Positions 1 to 13,124 of a stretch of DNA of 64,000 bases are shown piece by piece. This DNA is from Camelus dromedarius (lineage: Eukaryota), in the NCBI RefSeq assembly GCF_036321535.1, contig NC_087436.1:20090001-20154000 (forward strand), read 5' to 3'. Each line of letters opens with the position of its first letter. Position 1 is the first letter of the stretch. The position numbers were made by a program, and so were the translations under genes. The notes under the pieces are model-generated. The model had not been told where the DNA came from. It did not search any database and was given only the letters and a program-made list of their open reading frames with translations.

Positions 1-717
1 ACCCAAAGGACGCGGTGAGGACCAGGACCAAGACAAGGCATTAAGAAACGGGAAAAAGAACTTAAGTTCAAGACCCTCTTGTCCATGTTAAGGATGCTCA
101 AACCTTGGCATGGAGCCTGGCATGTTGCAATTATTCCCCCAAAATACTAACCTGCACTTATTTTATTGACTCAGGACTTTATGAACCATTTTCAAATACT
201 TTATGTCATTTTACCCCCCCAGAAAATTCCATGAGGACAACTGGACAGTTATTATTATTCTCATTTAATGAGGGGAAACCAAGAGTGAGTTAGATGACTA
301 TAGTCAGAGCCAGGGGCAGGGCCAGGACTCAGATCTATTACCTCTTGGTGGCATTTTTTTCTTAATAAATTGTTTCAGAATAAAGGAGCAGTCATTCCTC
401 TAGCTAAAAGAGAAACAGATATTAGTAACTGGTCCTCCCAGAGCAGTAAGAAGCAGTGATGGTGGCAGCATTAAGAGCCAAAGAACTGAGAAAGAGGAAA
501 TGTTGACCAGGACACAGAACATTCTGATTACTAACCTAGTCCTTTTCTCCCTCAGGGGAGATGTTATCACATGTAGCCTAAGAAAAAATGAGAATTACTT
601 AAAATATGCCCTTTAATTAAGTCTTACCATGACTACCTCTTGTTATCCAACAAAGCTATGTTCAAAAAAAGAGCAAAGTAATATATTGAGAAAGGAGAGA
701 GAAACAAGGTTATAAAA

Positions 718-1470
718 CATTCGTTCAACAAATATTTGAGCATTTACTCTGTGCCACATGATAGTCTAGCACTGGGGATGCAATGATGATCAAATTGAAC
801 AAAAGTTCTTGCCCCCATGGAGCTAACATCCTAGTAAAGGAAGACAGACACCAGACATGTAAATAAGGAGGCCAGTGTGGCTGGACGTGAATGAGCAAGA
901 AGGAAAGTGTGAGAGAGAAGGCCAGAGAGGGGAACAGACAGAGGGCCTTAGAGAGGACTGGAAGGACTGACTGTGAGTGAGATGGGCAGCCAAGGGACAG
1001 AGGAGAACCTGATGGACTTCTGTTTTAGAGGGATCTTGTGGGATACAAGAACAGAAATGGGGAGAGCAGCTAAGAGATTACTGCAATAATGCAGATGAGA
1101 GATGATAATGACTCGGATTGGGGAGGGGGGTAGTATTAGATCAGATTCTGGATGAATTCTGGAGGACCTGCTAATAAACGAGATGTGAGTTGTATCCTGA
1201 GCCACGGTCGAGATGGAGCTGCCCTTTAATGAGCGGGGGAAGACTGTGGGAGGTGAGGTCTGAGGTAAGGTCGGGCATTTAGTTTCAGACACATTAAGCT
1301 TAAGAGGCCTACTAAATATTCAAGTGGGATCTGGAGTAGGCAGTTGCATTTATCAGTCTCAGGAAGAGGTCAGAGTTGACGTATACATTTAAGAATCACC
1401 GGTGTTCAGGTGTCATTTAAATCCAAGAGACCAAATGAGATTACCAAAGGAGCACCTGGAGATAAAGAGG
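718..1470 (-). mobile_element. L2 LINE 3' fragment
   Basis: cattcgttcaacaaatatttgagcatttactctgtgcca (L2 3' end) followed by purine-rich L2 body. Confidence 0.75.
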
Positions 1471-1627
1471 GCTGACTCCATTTTTCATAAAATTTTACAC
1501 ACACACCCGGAAGGAATACATTTGTGAAAGTGTTAACTTTGTCTATGGATGAGTGATATTATGGTGCTTATACATTGTGCTTTGGCTGATCATTCTTTTT
1601 CTGATTTTTAAAAAGCATCATATGTTA

Positions 1628-2137
1628 CTGTGGTAGGCAGATTCATGGCCCCACGAAGATGTCCACATCCTAACCCTTGGAACCTGTGAATATGTTATGT
1701 TACATGGCAGAGGGGAATTAAAAGTTGCAGATGGAATTAAGGTTGCTAATCAGCTGACCTTAAGGTAAAAGGAGTATCCTGGATTATGCAGGTGGACCCA
1801 ATGTCATTAGCAAGGTCCTTTATAATGGGAGAGGGAGGTGGCAAAGAAGAGCAGAGTGATGCCAGGCGAGGAGGACTCAATCCACCCTTGCTGGCTTTGA
1901 AGAAGGAGTAAAAGGGCCGTGAGCCACGGAGTGCAGGCAGCCTGTAAAAGCTGCAAAAGACAACAAAATGGATTGTCCCCGAGAGCTGCCAGGATTGAAG
2001 GAAGTGCCACTGATGGTTTGATTTTAGCCCAGAGAGACCCATGTCAGACTTCAGATCTCCAGAACTATGAGAATAACTGTATGTGGTTTTAAGCCACTGA
2101 GTTGTGGTAATTTGCTATAGCAGCAAAACCAATATAG
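1628..2137 (+). mobile_element. MaLR solo LTR (MLT1D-like)
   Basis: tgtggtaggcaga...aagatgtccacatcctaa...ggaattaaggttgctaatcagctgacctt...ttttaagccactgagttgtggtaatttgctatagcagca. Confidence 0.85.
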
Positions 2138-5100
2138 TTGCTATAGTTAAAAAAAAAAACTTTTTAAAGATGAAATTTGGAATTTTTATAATTTTAATGA
2201 GAGATATCTAATACCTATTCATGATTTAATTTTTATCTTTGCTATAACCAGTAACTTGCTTCCTTCTGCATTTACATTTCCTCATAATATGAGAAGCAAA
2301 TATTTAATTTAACCAGTTATCAAACCATCAGCATTACATCCGATTGCATTTATGTGTCAATTTCTATACTAGGCATAAAATTAACATACATACTCAAAAA
2401 GCCTAGTAAAATTATTTGCAAGGTGAAAAAAGTGATAGTCATGTTTCAGCTAGGCTTCTATTCACAGAGACGTCTATCAGAATCACCATATTAAGATTTG
2501 AAGTTCAACAACGCTCTGAAATAATGTGGTGCACATGGGCTAGTAACCATTTTTGAGCATGGCAGATTTTTAAAAAACCGTCTATATGCTATAATAAAAA
2601 CTAGGTGTCTGGAATGCATATCTTCCACTTTTTGCCTGACAAACATCTGCTCAGTTCAAATATCACCTCTTCTAAGACACATCTTCCCCTGCTTTTCCCA
2701 GGCAGTCAACTGTTTCTAACTTCAGTGCTCCTCAGCCTTTTGTTCACATCTCAGGCAGAGTGCTTGTCTTCTTATTCTCTAATTTCTCTATTTATAGACC
2801 TCTCCTTCCCCTCAATTCTCCTCCCTCACCGCAGCTGACGATCCTCCCAGAGAAAGGACAACTCCTTATTCTGTATTTCCTTAGTATCCATCTAGCACAG
2901 TGCTTGGCACATGGCAACCTCGTAATAATCATTTTTTAAGGTTCATGAGTAGATATTCCATGTACTTTATGTTGACCTAATATACTAAAAAAAAAAAAAG
3001 TTTGAATAACAGTCTCAACCTGTGTGACCTGAGGATCTTTACTAAAAACATCCTGTCTTCTAAGTTCCCTGTTTTGAATCAAGGCCACTTTTGACATCTA
3101 ACTAATCTTCCAAAACAGAAAAACCTAAAGATAGGTTTGTCAGGAATCAAAGCCCAGTAACAAGAGCATTAGCAGATGAAAATAATGTCCACTTCTAATA
3201 ATGCAAGCAAACAGCATTCCCTAAATAAATGAGATAATTAAAACAGTCTAATAAATAGTATATAGATTTTGTGCTAACATTCAGAATAGTGATTTTGTGC
3301 AACAATTTAATTACAGTCTTTCTCAGAAGATCCATGCCAACTATCTGGCAAGCTTTTGATTTACACTGCAGGGTTTATCACAATTTGGGTCTGCAAAGTT
3401 CCCTGCCCTTTGATGCCAGCAGAATTCTTAAAAGGTCTTTAAATGAAAAGAGCCAGGAAAAGCATACCATTTTACAACATTCTTTTGCCAAATCAAAAAA
3501 GCTACCCAGATGTATATAATTCTAGGACATTATACCTTCAATCTCTCCCAGAGGGCTGATTTTCTTGGTGTCCCCAAACCCTCTGGACCAATGAATGGCA
3601 GAGCAGTGGCTGCTACGTTTCACTGGATGTTTACTATGTGTGAGCCATTTGTGCGTGCATTTCCTCAGCTAAGCCCCATGACAGTAGATGAGATTCTATT
3701 TTATAGGTGAGGCTCCTAAGGTTAGGTTGATTGTGGCAGAACTTTGGAAAAACTATAGATTTCATAAATCCCGATTTGTATGGTGCTGACTCTAGACTGT
3801 CATATAAAGAGGAGTGGTGTCATGTCACATTAAAGGGACACCAAATGACCCTTCACATTTGAGTATGGAGTGATTATGGCAGGCTGTTTATCTGTGTTTT
3901 GTTTCTCTCTCTCGCTCTTTTTTTTTTTTACTTAGGCCAGAATGAAAAATGAGTTTACATTTTCTGTGCAAACCTTGTGAGTAGGAGCTCCCGATAATGT
4001 ATTAAGTGACAGAACAGACCAAATTTCTAAAATTTTTAAATTTTTTTTTGCTCCACAGAATAATTCACACCTGATAACTGAGCGCATAATAGACTTAAAC
4101 CCATTAATTTAATCAACCAGATTTTAAAGGAGTCCATAAAATTTTACAAAGCCAATATAACTCAGCCTTGTATGAGCATCTTTCTGCCCTTATTTACATG
4201 TCACAGGCAGAACAAAGTCGAACAGGGTGGCAAAATCCTGCAGGTGGGGAGAAGGCCTTCCCACCTGCTCATGTAACTAAGCACCTTTTCCTGCTTTCTT
4301 ATGGAAAGAAAGCAACGAACTTAGCCAAGAATTAACTCAAGCTGTTTCTGTGAATTGGTTCCATCCTACAATTTTTAGCTAAGCACTACCAAAATAAGAG
4401 AAATTTTGCAGTATTTACAACACACAGTCAGATGCCTCAAAGCACTGCCATTCCTAATAAACCAGAATGTCAACTTACTTATAAATAATGAAAACCAGCA
4501 AGAGCACAAATACGCTGATACAGGTTGCTGAGCGCACCCCTCCCCCGCAAGGTTCCTGTGGACAGCAGCATTTTAAGATGCTCGTTTTCCACACTTGTTT
4601 TCCTCCAAAATATCTTCCATATCCATTCCATTCTCTCCACCATCAGGCCCACATTGCTCCACTCTAACAGCTTTCAAACTTTGATAGAAGTCCATAGGAA
4701 GAAATACACTTACATCAGTCAACACAGAGGTACATAACTGAAACAAACGTTTCACAAAACATTATTTACCCCGATTGCATGTGATATACTCTAATACTCT
4801 TTTCTACTTTTTCTTAAAATGCAGATTGCAATCTACCAATGGGCACAATCTTAAGTCTGAAATACCCCAGTCTACTACAGCCATTATTAATTCATCTTCC
4901 ATACTACCACTTATCCTCATAAAATCTGACTGTATTATGCCACTGATTAAAATACTTTAAAAGTTCCCTCTGCCTTATCTGTTAAAAACATTTTTTTCCT
5001 GTGATTCAGCCATTCATTCATGTAGCAACTATTTATTGAGAATCTATTTCATACTAGGCCTTCTGCTAGGCCTTGGAATACATCGGTATATGGGTCCAAA

Positions 5101-6610
5101 CTGGCTCCTAACATCATGAACGTTACAATCCAGCCAAGACAGTCATTGCATAAATACTTCATACTCTTCATGAGTGCTCTTATGAGCTGCTCCAACTTAA
5201 CTGATCTCCCTCCTCCACTTGCACCATACTGCTGTAACCACTCTGATCTGCACACGGGTCCTGGAAAAGCCTGTACTCTTTATACCTCCTGGCCGTGGTC
5301 CCTGATGTTTCTTCTGATTGGAATTCCTTAACCATCTGACATATTCCTCCTCAGCCTTCGAGAATCAACTCAAGAGTCTCCTCCTCCATCAACAGTTCCC
5401 TGGCCTCCTTTCCACACCCCTTTAGTCGTCATTTCTATCTCCATTCATCGTGTACTGGTCACATTCCTCTATTACAGTGCTGATCACGTTGTTTTGTGAC
5501 CATTTTTTAAGATGTCAGTCTTGCCTAGACTGAATTATCGCTCTATCCACAGCGTAGTTTATTGCTCACAGAATAAATGAATGAATATCTGCTGCAATTC
5601 TGTATGGGTCAATAACTCCATTACGCTGATTACTTGGTTAATCAATGTTTGAAAACTTAAAATTTTTATAGAGTTTACAGTGTAAATATATTTTTAGAAC
5701 TTCCTTCTTTAAAGTCTGATTTCAATATATGGATGTTTTCCTTCATTAAAAATTTGCTCAGCAGCAGCCAATCTGACTTGGGATATTTGTCTTGAAATTG
5801 ATCCAATGAATATTCTCAATTTCAATAACTGCCCTGGCAAGAAAAAGCATTCAGGATTTCCAAAATCAATATGTTAGGTCAGCGCCTGCGGTACAGCACA
5901 GTTCACGCAGGCAAAGCAGAGTTACACCGTGTGTTCCTGTTTCTCAATGCCACTTTTGATGTGATGATAGGCTGACAGATGCCATTAATCTGTTTACCGT
6001 CTCCCACTACCCTTACAGAAGGCTTTACTTTCTCCTTTTCAAATAATTTCAGGAAATTCTGGGGGAACAGAATGACTTTTTAAACAAGGCACTTTGAAAT
6101 AGGTCATTGTTATCTAAGTGCAATACAGAACACATACTGAAGTTCTAAAGTTCCCTGTCCACTTTACCTTTTATCACTTCCCCAGTTAAGACTCAAGATT
6201 TCCCCACTTCCACTTTTAGGTTTCAGTCTTCTTGGGAAGCCTTTTTCTAAATTCCATCACCATTAAATGTTTTGATTCATTTCCACTGCTAGAATCCTAG
6301 TTCAAATCTGAACCAGTCTTAAGGAGCTTTGAGACTAGCTATAGGACCTGGGCAATCTCTACTACTCTCCATTTCATGAAAATACTTAAGACCTACATCT
6401 CAGGTCATAGGAAGTATGAAATGAAAATAGTGTGCGTGAGGGGCTGGCATCAAGCAGGTGCTTATCAACTGCAAGGAACCTTCTTTTCTCTCTCTCTCCC
6501 CTCCCCAATCCTCCATCTTGGACGTCACAGCAAGACTCACACTGAGCCATGAATGTGATCTCCTCACTAATCCACACCAAATTCCATCAATAGTTTCCCA
6601 CACCCTAGGA

Positions 6611-6794
6611 CAGTGGTTCTCAAAGTGTGGTCCCCAGACCCGCAGCACCTGTATCAACTGGGAACTGATGAGAAAAACTCAGACCCCACCCAAGACCTCC
6701 CGAATCAGGAACTCAGGAGGCGGGGGCCAAGCCTGCCACTGTTTCGAAAGCCTGCCAGGTGATTATGACGTATGCACAAATGTATGAACCACTG
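6611..6794. mobile_element. MER5A (hAT-Charlie MITE)
   Basis: TIRs cagtggttctcaaagtgtggtcc ... tgtatgaaccactg. Confidence 0.85.
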
Positions 6795-8160
6795 CCCAAG
6801 GAGACAGACTGATACCGAAGGGTTTCCCAAAGCAATTTTTTCCCACTTAGCTGCACTTGCCCTTTCCGGACCTCTCCTAGGAAAGTTTACTCATTATCTT
6901 CCACACCTGCTCGTTACTTTCCCAACTGAGATTTTCACTCACTTGATACATCCTTTCCGCTCCATGACACCTCTCCTATTCAGTCCAGCTTAAATCCCAC
7001 TGTTTTCTTAAATCCCTTCCTATCGGTTTCTGGGAACTTTTTCCTCTTTTAACTCTTTATTTCTGAGTACTCAGGTGATCTGCAGAGGTCACAAACTGGC
7101 TGTTCCTGGCCCACAGAGTGTGAGTGCATAACTGAATTGGCTGCCAATAACATTAAAAATCTAGAAAAATAGCAAAAATACAGGTTTTTAGCCTGTGTTG
7201 GAGAAAATCAGATCTATGTATGAGGGACCCACATTCCCACATGGCAACAATCAGCTGAGGGGCAAATGTCTCAAGCACTCACCGGCACTTTCCGTGCCAA
7301 ATACAGGTTTTTACACATCTTCAAATATCTCAAGCTCTAACTTACATACCTTATGGTTACATAACTTCACTTTGTTTTGTCTCTCCTTATAGAATAGAAC
7401 AGAAAACAGCCCTTATCTGAACTGTCCTAGTCTTTTTTCTTATTACCTTGAACACAAAACAATATGAACTCCTTCTATATAAAAGAATATTCTGAACATT
7501 GTGGACCCCAAAATGATGAGCAATCCACACAGGGTTTCAGGAAACTTTCGGTTCTGTACCAACCTGTAAAAGCTACAGTAGTGTTTGTTTTCCAAAATAT
7601 ATGTATTAGGGCACTTCTCTTCAGGTAATTAAATAAGACTTTGTTTAGGCCATTTTGGTTTAGGTTGTCCTTCATTTTCTAATCAGAAATACAAATTTAT
7701 TTGAATCCAGTATGTCTGCTGGAAGAGACCTAGCCCATACCTGGCACAGTAGCTCACAGAACCTAGATGCTGTTTGGGACTTTCAGTTTGAACCCTAGTT
7801 TTATAGCGTGGGTTTTATTCCATAAAAGATGAGTTTTAATTTCACTAGGGTGGTAGTAGCTAACACTGGACTATCCTTCCTTTTTCCGATACATCCTCTG
7901 GTTAATCATTCAGCAGGTTTGGCAGCGATAAAGAGACCAGCCACCTTAACAAAACTGCCTTACTGTGGCACAACGGTAAACTCATAAACCTGTCCAAAAT
8001 GATGAAATTTTTAAAACGCTGTTTACAGAGAATTTCCTTTACAGACAAATCACACTGACCTTCTCTTTGAACCCACTTTGCCGACGCCTGCTTGTCCACA
8101 CATTTCCCGCACTCTCATCATCTAACTCAATATTCTCCTCTTCCTTCCCCTACCCCAGGT

Positions 8161-8175
8161 CCTCCAGGGGGCGCC
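8161..8175 (+). promoter_or_regulatory. CTCF-type motif CCTCCAGGGGGCGCC (forward)
   Basis: Close match to the CTCF core CCASYAGRKGGCRS. Confidence 0.55.
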
Positions 8176-8264
8176 CCCGACGCTGAGGCCGGACCCCAAG
8201 CGGCCTGAGCCGGTAGCCGGGCCGCGACTCCGGGCGCCCCGCGCACCCCCCACCCCATACTCAC

Positions 8265-8340
8265 CCTCCCGAGGCCACGGAAGTGCCGCCCCTTCCGCCT
8301 GGCCAGTTCACCCCGCCCCGCGTCGGCCGGCGCGCAGGCG
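8265..8340 (-). other. MMAA: Probable non-coding first exon of MMAA (5' end/TSS approximate; donor exact)
   Basis: Minus strand reads ...GGCACTTCCGTGGCCTCGGGAGG|GTGAGTATGG: a consensus 5' splice donor (GT at 8264-8263) at the edge of the CpG island, in the same orientation as SMAD1. Confidence 0.6.
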
Positions 8341-9944
8341 CAGCGACCATCGCCGGTGCGTGGAGCCCGGGAGGGGCCGGGGGCCGGGGGCCGGGTGGCG
8401 GCGCGGGGCGTGGCCGGGGTCCCGGCGGACGTGGCCGCGGGATTCCGGCGTGTGGCGCAGGGCACGTGAGCCTGGAGGCCTGAGGGCCTGCGGCAGGTGG
8501 GGACGGGGCGGCGCGTCCGGCAGCCGTCGGGGAAGTGACGCGAGAGACGGCGGTTTACGGTCTCTGTGGGTAGCTTTTGCTTCCCTTAAGGTCCAGATCG
8601 CCTCCAAAGGTGGAGGGTAATGGCCATCCCTTCCCGGCCTTGGTGCTTCGCGAAGCCCCGGAGGTGGAGCCCAAGTCCAGCCGGGCTCCCGCATCTTGCG
8701 ACGGCCCACGTACGGAGACCTGTTTCCTTTTCTCCCTGCAAATCTGAAAGTATGGGGTGGAGGGCGAGACATGGGACGTTTGACAGTCCGGTGAAATTAA
8801 GGGGATTCAGATTCCTCAAAGCGATTTCCAGCCTATTGGAGTAAATGCTCAGTAATGTTCCGTTGAAATGCAGCTCAAGTTTTAAAAGCATGGCGTGGGT
8901 TTTAACGGCTGAAGGACTAGCATTTTTTTCTCTTAAGTTACTCATTCGTGTTGATTAATATTTCCAAACTTGTACCAAAAGAAAGGACCCACGCTCACCG
9001 CTCTCGCAAACTCGACAGAGGGGGAAAGGCTCTATCTTTTGCTTAATATTTGTTACCTCTCTCCGGGTCAGAAAGGTAACTAATTTTTTGGAAAACCTGT
9101 TAGATCCTGTAATAAGTAATAAAACCCGAGCTTAATTGAATTCTAGAATTTTTAGGTAAAACTGGTGTCTCCCAAATGTCTGCTGTAACGTAATAAAGCC
9201 ATCATCTTAGGCAATAGCGAAGATCAAATTATGGCTACTAGATATGGTCATAAATAGGGGCTGTATTATAATTAGTATCTGGAGCCAAGACCCCAGTCCC
9301 CACATATGATTTGCATAATTGCATGCATTTGGGAGAGGTTAAGCCTTCCTCAGTTACTTGCTGTGAGTTGATTCTTACTGAATATGAAACAATAAAAAAT
9401 GAATTAGTCTTCCTTAGCAGCTTCATTATTATTTAGACTAAAAGATCACTTTTACCCTAGAGTAATTGTAGACCCAAGAATAGTTAATTACAGAAAATAA
9501 AACATAAGATTAAGTGAAGTAAAGGGTCTAGTGGAAACAACATGTAAGTAGTCAGACTTGGTTTCAAATCTCAGCTGCTAAACGCAGTCAATACAGTGAT
9601 AGAACTTGGAAGTTAGTACTTTTCTTTAAGCTTGGAGTTCCTTGTCTGCACAATGTTTGGTGAGGGTTTTTGGTTGTGTTAACTTTTATGAAAGCTCAGT
9701 TTGCATTACTTAAGGGAATGAAGTTTGTAATTTAAAAATGATTTTTAATTCTTACCTGCTTTTTACCCTACAGACTCTTAAACATTTTAGTGCATTTCAC
9801 ATTTTTTTCCTTATCCAAGTGTTCCCTAAACTGTGTTCCATGGAGCATTAGTCCTTTGCAGAAATGTTTTGGGTTTTGGTTTTTTTTAAACACCACTATT
9901 TATAGATTAACTACTTTGTATGTACTGTGGCAGACATTTTCATA

Positions 9945-10046
9945 CATTATTTATGCATTTATTTTTAATGGAGGTACTGGGGACTGAACCAAGGACCTTG
10001 TGCATGCGAAGCACAGGCTCTACCACTGAGCTATACCCCCACCCCC
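9945..10046 (-). mobile_element. tRNA-Ala-derived SINE (Vic-1-type)
   Basis: Reverse complement GGGTATAGCTCAGTGGTAGAGC...GGTCCTTGGTTCAGTCCCCAGTACCTCCA (A/B boxes) plus AT-rich tail. Confidence 0.85.
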
Positions 10047-10079
10047 CTGCCGAATGGTAATAGATGCTGCCTGGCAAAC

Positions 10080-10610
10080 AATTCTAGCATCCATGCTGAG
10101 GAGAACACAGATTATTGCAAGCACACCGGTGAAGCATTCTTGCCAAAACGTTTAGCCTGAATCTGTAAGGAAACAGATCAATGCAGAATGTGGTTTGTTT
10201 AGACTTTTCAATAATGTCAATATCATGAAAGACAGACAACAAAGGACAGAAGGACTGATCTGCATTAATGGGCAACCATGAATTGGATAGGAGTATGAAT
10301 TTTTAAAAAGTTATACAGGAGAGTTTGTGGACAATTGGGGAAATTTGAACATGGAATTATATTGTTGACTTACATTTTTCAGGCCTGATAATAATATTAA
10401 GGTTATTAGAAAAATGCTTTTGTTCTTAGGCGATGCATGCTAAAATGTTTAGGGGTGAGGTCATGATATCTGCAAACTGCTTTCAGGTAATCCAGGACAA
10501 AAAGAAAAAAAATGTGTATAGAGAAAATATGGCACTATGTTAATTGTAGTTTTTTCTTTCAAATCTTCTGTAAATTTGAAATGTTTCAGAATTAAAAAGT
10601 TGAAGGAAAA
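10080..10610 (+). mobile_element. Ancient L1 (L1MC/L1ME-type) 3' end
   Basis: ggacaattggggaaatttgaacatgga...ttgttcttagg..atgcatgctaaaatgtttaggggtga...tgtaaatttgaaatgtttcagaattaaaaagtt. Confidence 0.6.
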
Positions 10611-10769
10611 TGTAGCTAGCAATTATCTTTTTTAAAAAAATAAAATGTATTATGTTTATAAGAAAATGCAAAATTAATTTATATGCTGTTTTGCTTATAA
10701 TATGACCTTAAGAAATGGTATACCATGTTTAGAATTATAGGAAGTCACTTGAGAAATGAATGGTCTTTC

Positions 10770-11040
10770 ATTTTTTTTTGTAATTGAAATATAGTTGGTT
10801 TTAAATGTGTTAATTTCTGGTGTACAGCATAGTGTTTCATTTATACATGTATATATTCCTTTTCATCTTCTTTTTCAGTATAGGTTACTACAAGATATTG
10901 AATATAGTTCCCTGTGCTATTCAGTATGAACTTGTTGTTTATCCATTTTATATATAGTAGTTAATATCTGCAAATCCCTAACTCTCAATTTATCCCTCCA
11001 CACCCCATTCTCCCCCACCCCTGTAAGTTTGTTTTCTATG
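10770..11040 (-). mobile_element. L1 3' UTR fragment
   Basis: Shares the atattgaatatagttccctgtgctat motif with the 3' ends of the two longer L1 copies. Confidence 0.8.
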
Positions 11041-11214
11041 GAAGTGACCTCATTCTTAAAGGCACGGTATTGAATCTGTACACTGAGGTCTGTTTCCCAA
11101 CCAAAGCAACATTAATGTGTATCGTCTAATGATCCCTGCTCTATGCTATGTATTTTGCGTTAGAATGTTAACATAAGCGAATTCTTATAATCTGTCAGTA
11201 GTTTTTTAAGTGTT

Positions 11215-11690
11215 CCTTTATTCCTGCCAGTATTTATTGAGTGACTATTGTGTACCAGGTGCTAATTGAAGTTCTGGAGCTAAAGCTGTCATCAGTACAG
11301 ATAAAGCCGCTGCCCACACAGAGCTTATATTTAGGGAGCAAGAGAAAAACGCAGAGTGAATAAACAAATATGTGTCAAATGATTGTGTAAGTGCTGTGTG
11401 GGATAATAAACTAGGGATTAGGGGTTAGTGAATGCCAAGTGAGGGTGGGTGTATACTGTCCTATGTAAGGTGAGCAAAGAAGGTCTCACTGAGAAGGTGA
11501 CGTGTGAGCAGAGACCTGAGCAAAGTGAGAAACGCGTGTGGGTATCTAAGGAAAGTACATACTAAGAAGGGGAGACTGTGTGCTTGGTATGTTTAAAGGG
11601 CAGTAAGGAGACTAGAGTGAGTGGATGGTAGTGATCAAGGGAGAGAGTGGGAGATGAGGTCAGAGAGGTGGCCACGGCCAGATTATGTAA
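11215..11690 (-). mobile_element. L2 LINE 3' fragment
   Basis: tatttattgagtgactattgtgtaccagg...gagaaggtgacgtgtgagcagagacctga. Confidence 0.7.
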
Positions 11691-11788
11691 TATGATTTCA
11701 GAGGTGTTTTAGCTTCCTTTCTTGAAAGGCTTATCTGGGAAGCACTTGCTGTAGTGGTAGAACATGGTAATTGCTAGCTGTTACTACA

Positions 11789-12718
11789 GTATTAATTTTC
11801 TATTGCTGTTGTAAAAAGAATTACCATAAACTTGGTTTAAAAGATCACAAATATACTAAAGTTCTGCAGGCCTGAAGTCCAGAACAGGTCTCACTGGAGT
11901 AAAATCAAGATGTCAACTGACAGCATTCCTTTCTGTAGACTATGGGAGAATCTGTTGCTTTATCTTCTCCTGATTCTAGAGGCTACTTACATTCCCTGGC
12001 TTGTGGTCCCTTTCTTCCATCTTCAAAGCCAGTAACATTGGTCAAAGATTTCATCAATCAAAGAATCTTAAGAATTTATATGATTAAAATAGGCCCACCC
12101 AGATCACCTCTGTATCTCAAGGTTCTTAACCTTAATCACATCTGCAAAGTTCCTTTTTCCCCATAAGGTAACTTATTCACAGGTTCTGGTGATGGGGGTG
12201 TGGGCATCTTTGGGAGGGGCCATTCTGCCTGCCCTAGTCCACCCTCTGACTCTCAAAGATGCATTTCTGTTCACATGCAAAATCTATTCACCCCCTTTCA
12301 AAGTCTCCCACATTTTCAACCCATTACAGCATCTCATTTAATCCTCCAAAATCCCAAATATCTCAATCTAAACTAGAGATAGGTGAGGCTCTGAGTATAA
12401 TCTGGGGCAAAAATCCCTTTCCATTGTAGACCTGTGAAGCCAGAAAATAGGTTGTCTGCTCCCAAAATACGGTGGAGGAGAAGGCACAGGAGAGCAGGTA
12501 TAGCCGTTCCCATTCAAAAAGGGAGAAAATGGAAGGAAAAGGGGAGTCAGAAGCCCAAACAATTTCAAAAATCCAATCTGGCAGTCTCCACAGAATCTCA
12601 AGGAATAATCCTCTGTGGCTCTTGGTTCTGCTCTCTGGGCTCAAGGCTTCACTCTCTTGGGCACCGGGAATGAGGGCATGGATGTCTTTGAGGGGCTGTT
12701 AATTCTGTCCATCACACT
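11789..12718 (-). mobile_element. MaLR LTR (MLT1-type) with internal-sequence fragment
   Basis: gtattaattttctattgctg...cattccctggcttgtggtccc...taatcacatctgcaaag...attcacaggttctgg; the internal part includes ttcccattcaaaaagggagaaa. Confidence 0.75.
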
Positions 12719-13108
12719 GTTATCATTAGATTTAGCTTTATTTTTCACTCATCTTCATTGAGCAGTGGTTCATCAGATCTTAAGTTTCTCCATTAGCCCC
12801 AGTCAAGTGGTTAATTACCTTTACACAAATACAGAATCAGTACCTGAGGGGCTCACCATTTTCAGGAACTTTACATCATTCATGGTAAATGCGAATATCC
12901 CATCTACTTTCTCTTAAAAGAATACACTCCCATTTTTATACACAGATCGTATTTTTCTTTATATGCAGTTCATTTATATTCTAGGATTATTGATTTCTTT
13001 CAGACCTAAAGGTACCTATATTATGTTTCACTTTATGGGACAAAGTTTTACAACCTGTAGGGCCGTCATTCTTGCCCTTTAAGGATGCTAGAAACCCATT
13101 TCTGCCTC

Positions 13109-13124
13109 CCAGCAGGTGGCAGCA
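13109..13124 (+). promoter_or_regulatory. CTCF-type motif CCAGCAGGTGGCAGCA (forward)
   Basis: Perfect match to CCASYAGRKGGCRS in non-repetitive sequence. Confidence 0.6.

Larger units (their letters stand above)
8150..8790. promoter_or_regulatory. MMAA: CpG-island promoter, probably of MMAA (minus strand)
   Basis: Very GC- and CpG-rich island in AT-rich surroundings. GC boxes (ccccgcccc 8311-8319), ETS/GABP CGGAAGTG 8278-8285, NRF1-type CGCGCAGGCGCA 8331-8342, E-box CACGTG 8463-8468. The gene name rests on known SMAD1-MMAA synteny, not on coding sequence. Confidence 0.75.

Noticed and set aside
5884..5912. Inverted repeat GCCTGCG...CGCAGGC
   Set aside because: A 7-bp stem is expected by chance in 64 kb.
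1..8100. MMAA coding exons
   Set aside because: No ArgK/MeaB-type GTPase sequence found; the coding exons would lie beyond the left edge, so the MMAA call rests on synteny only.
8127..8945. Several overlapping G/R/P/A-rich ORFs in the CpG island
   Set aside because: Expected from stop-codon scarcity in very GC-rich DNA; no recognisable domain.
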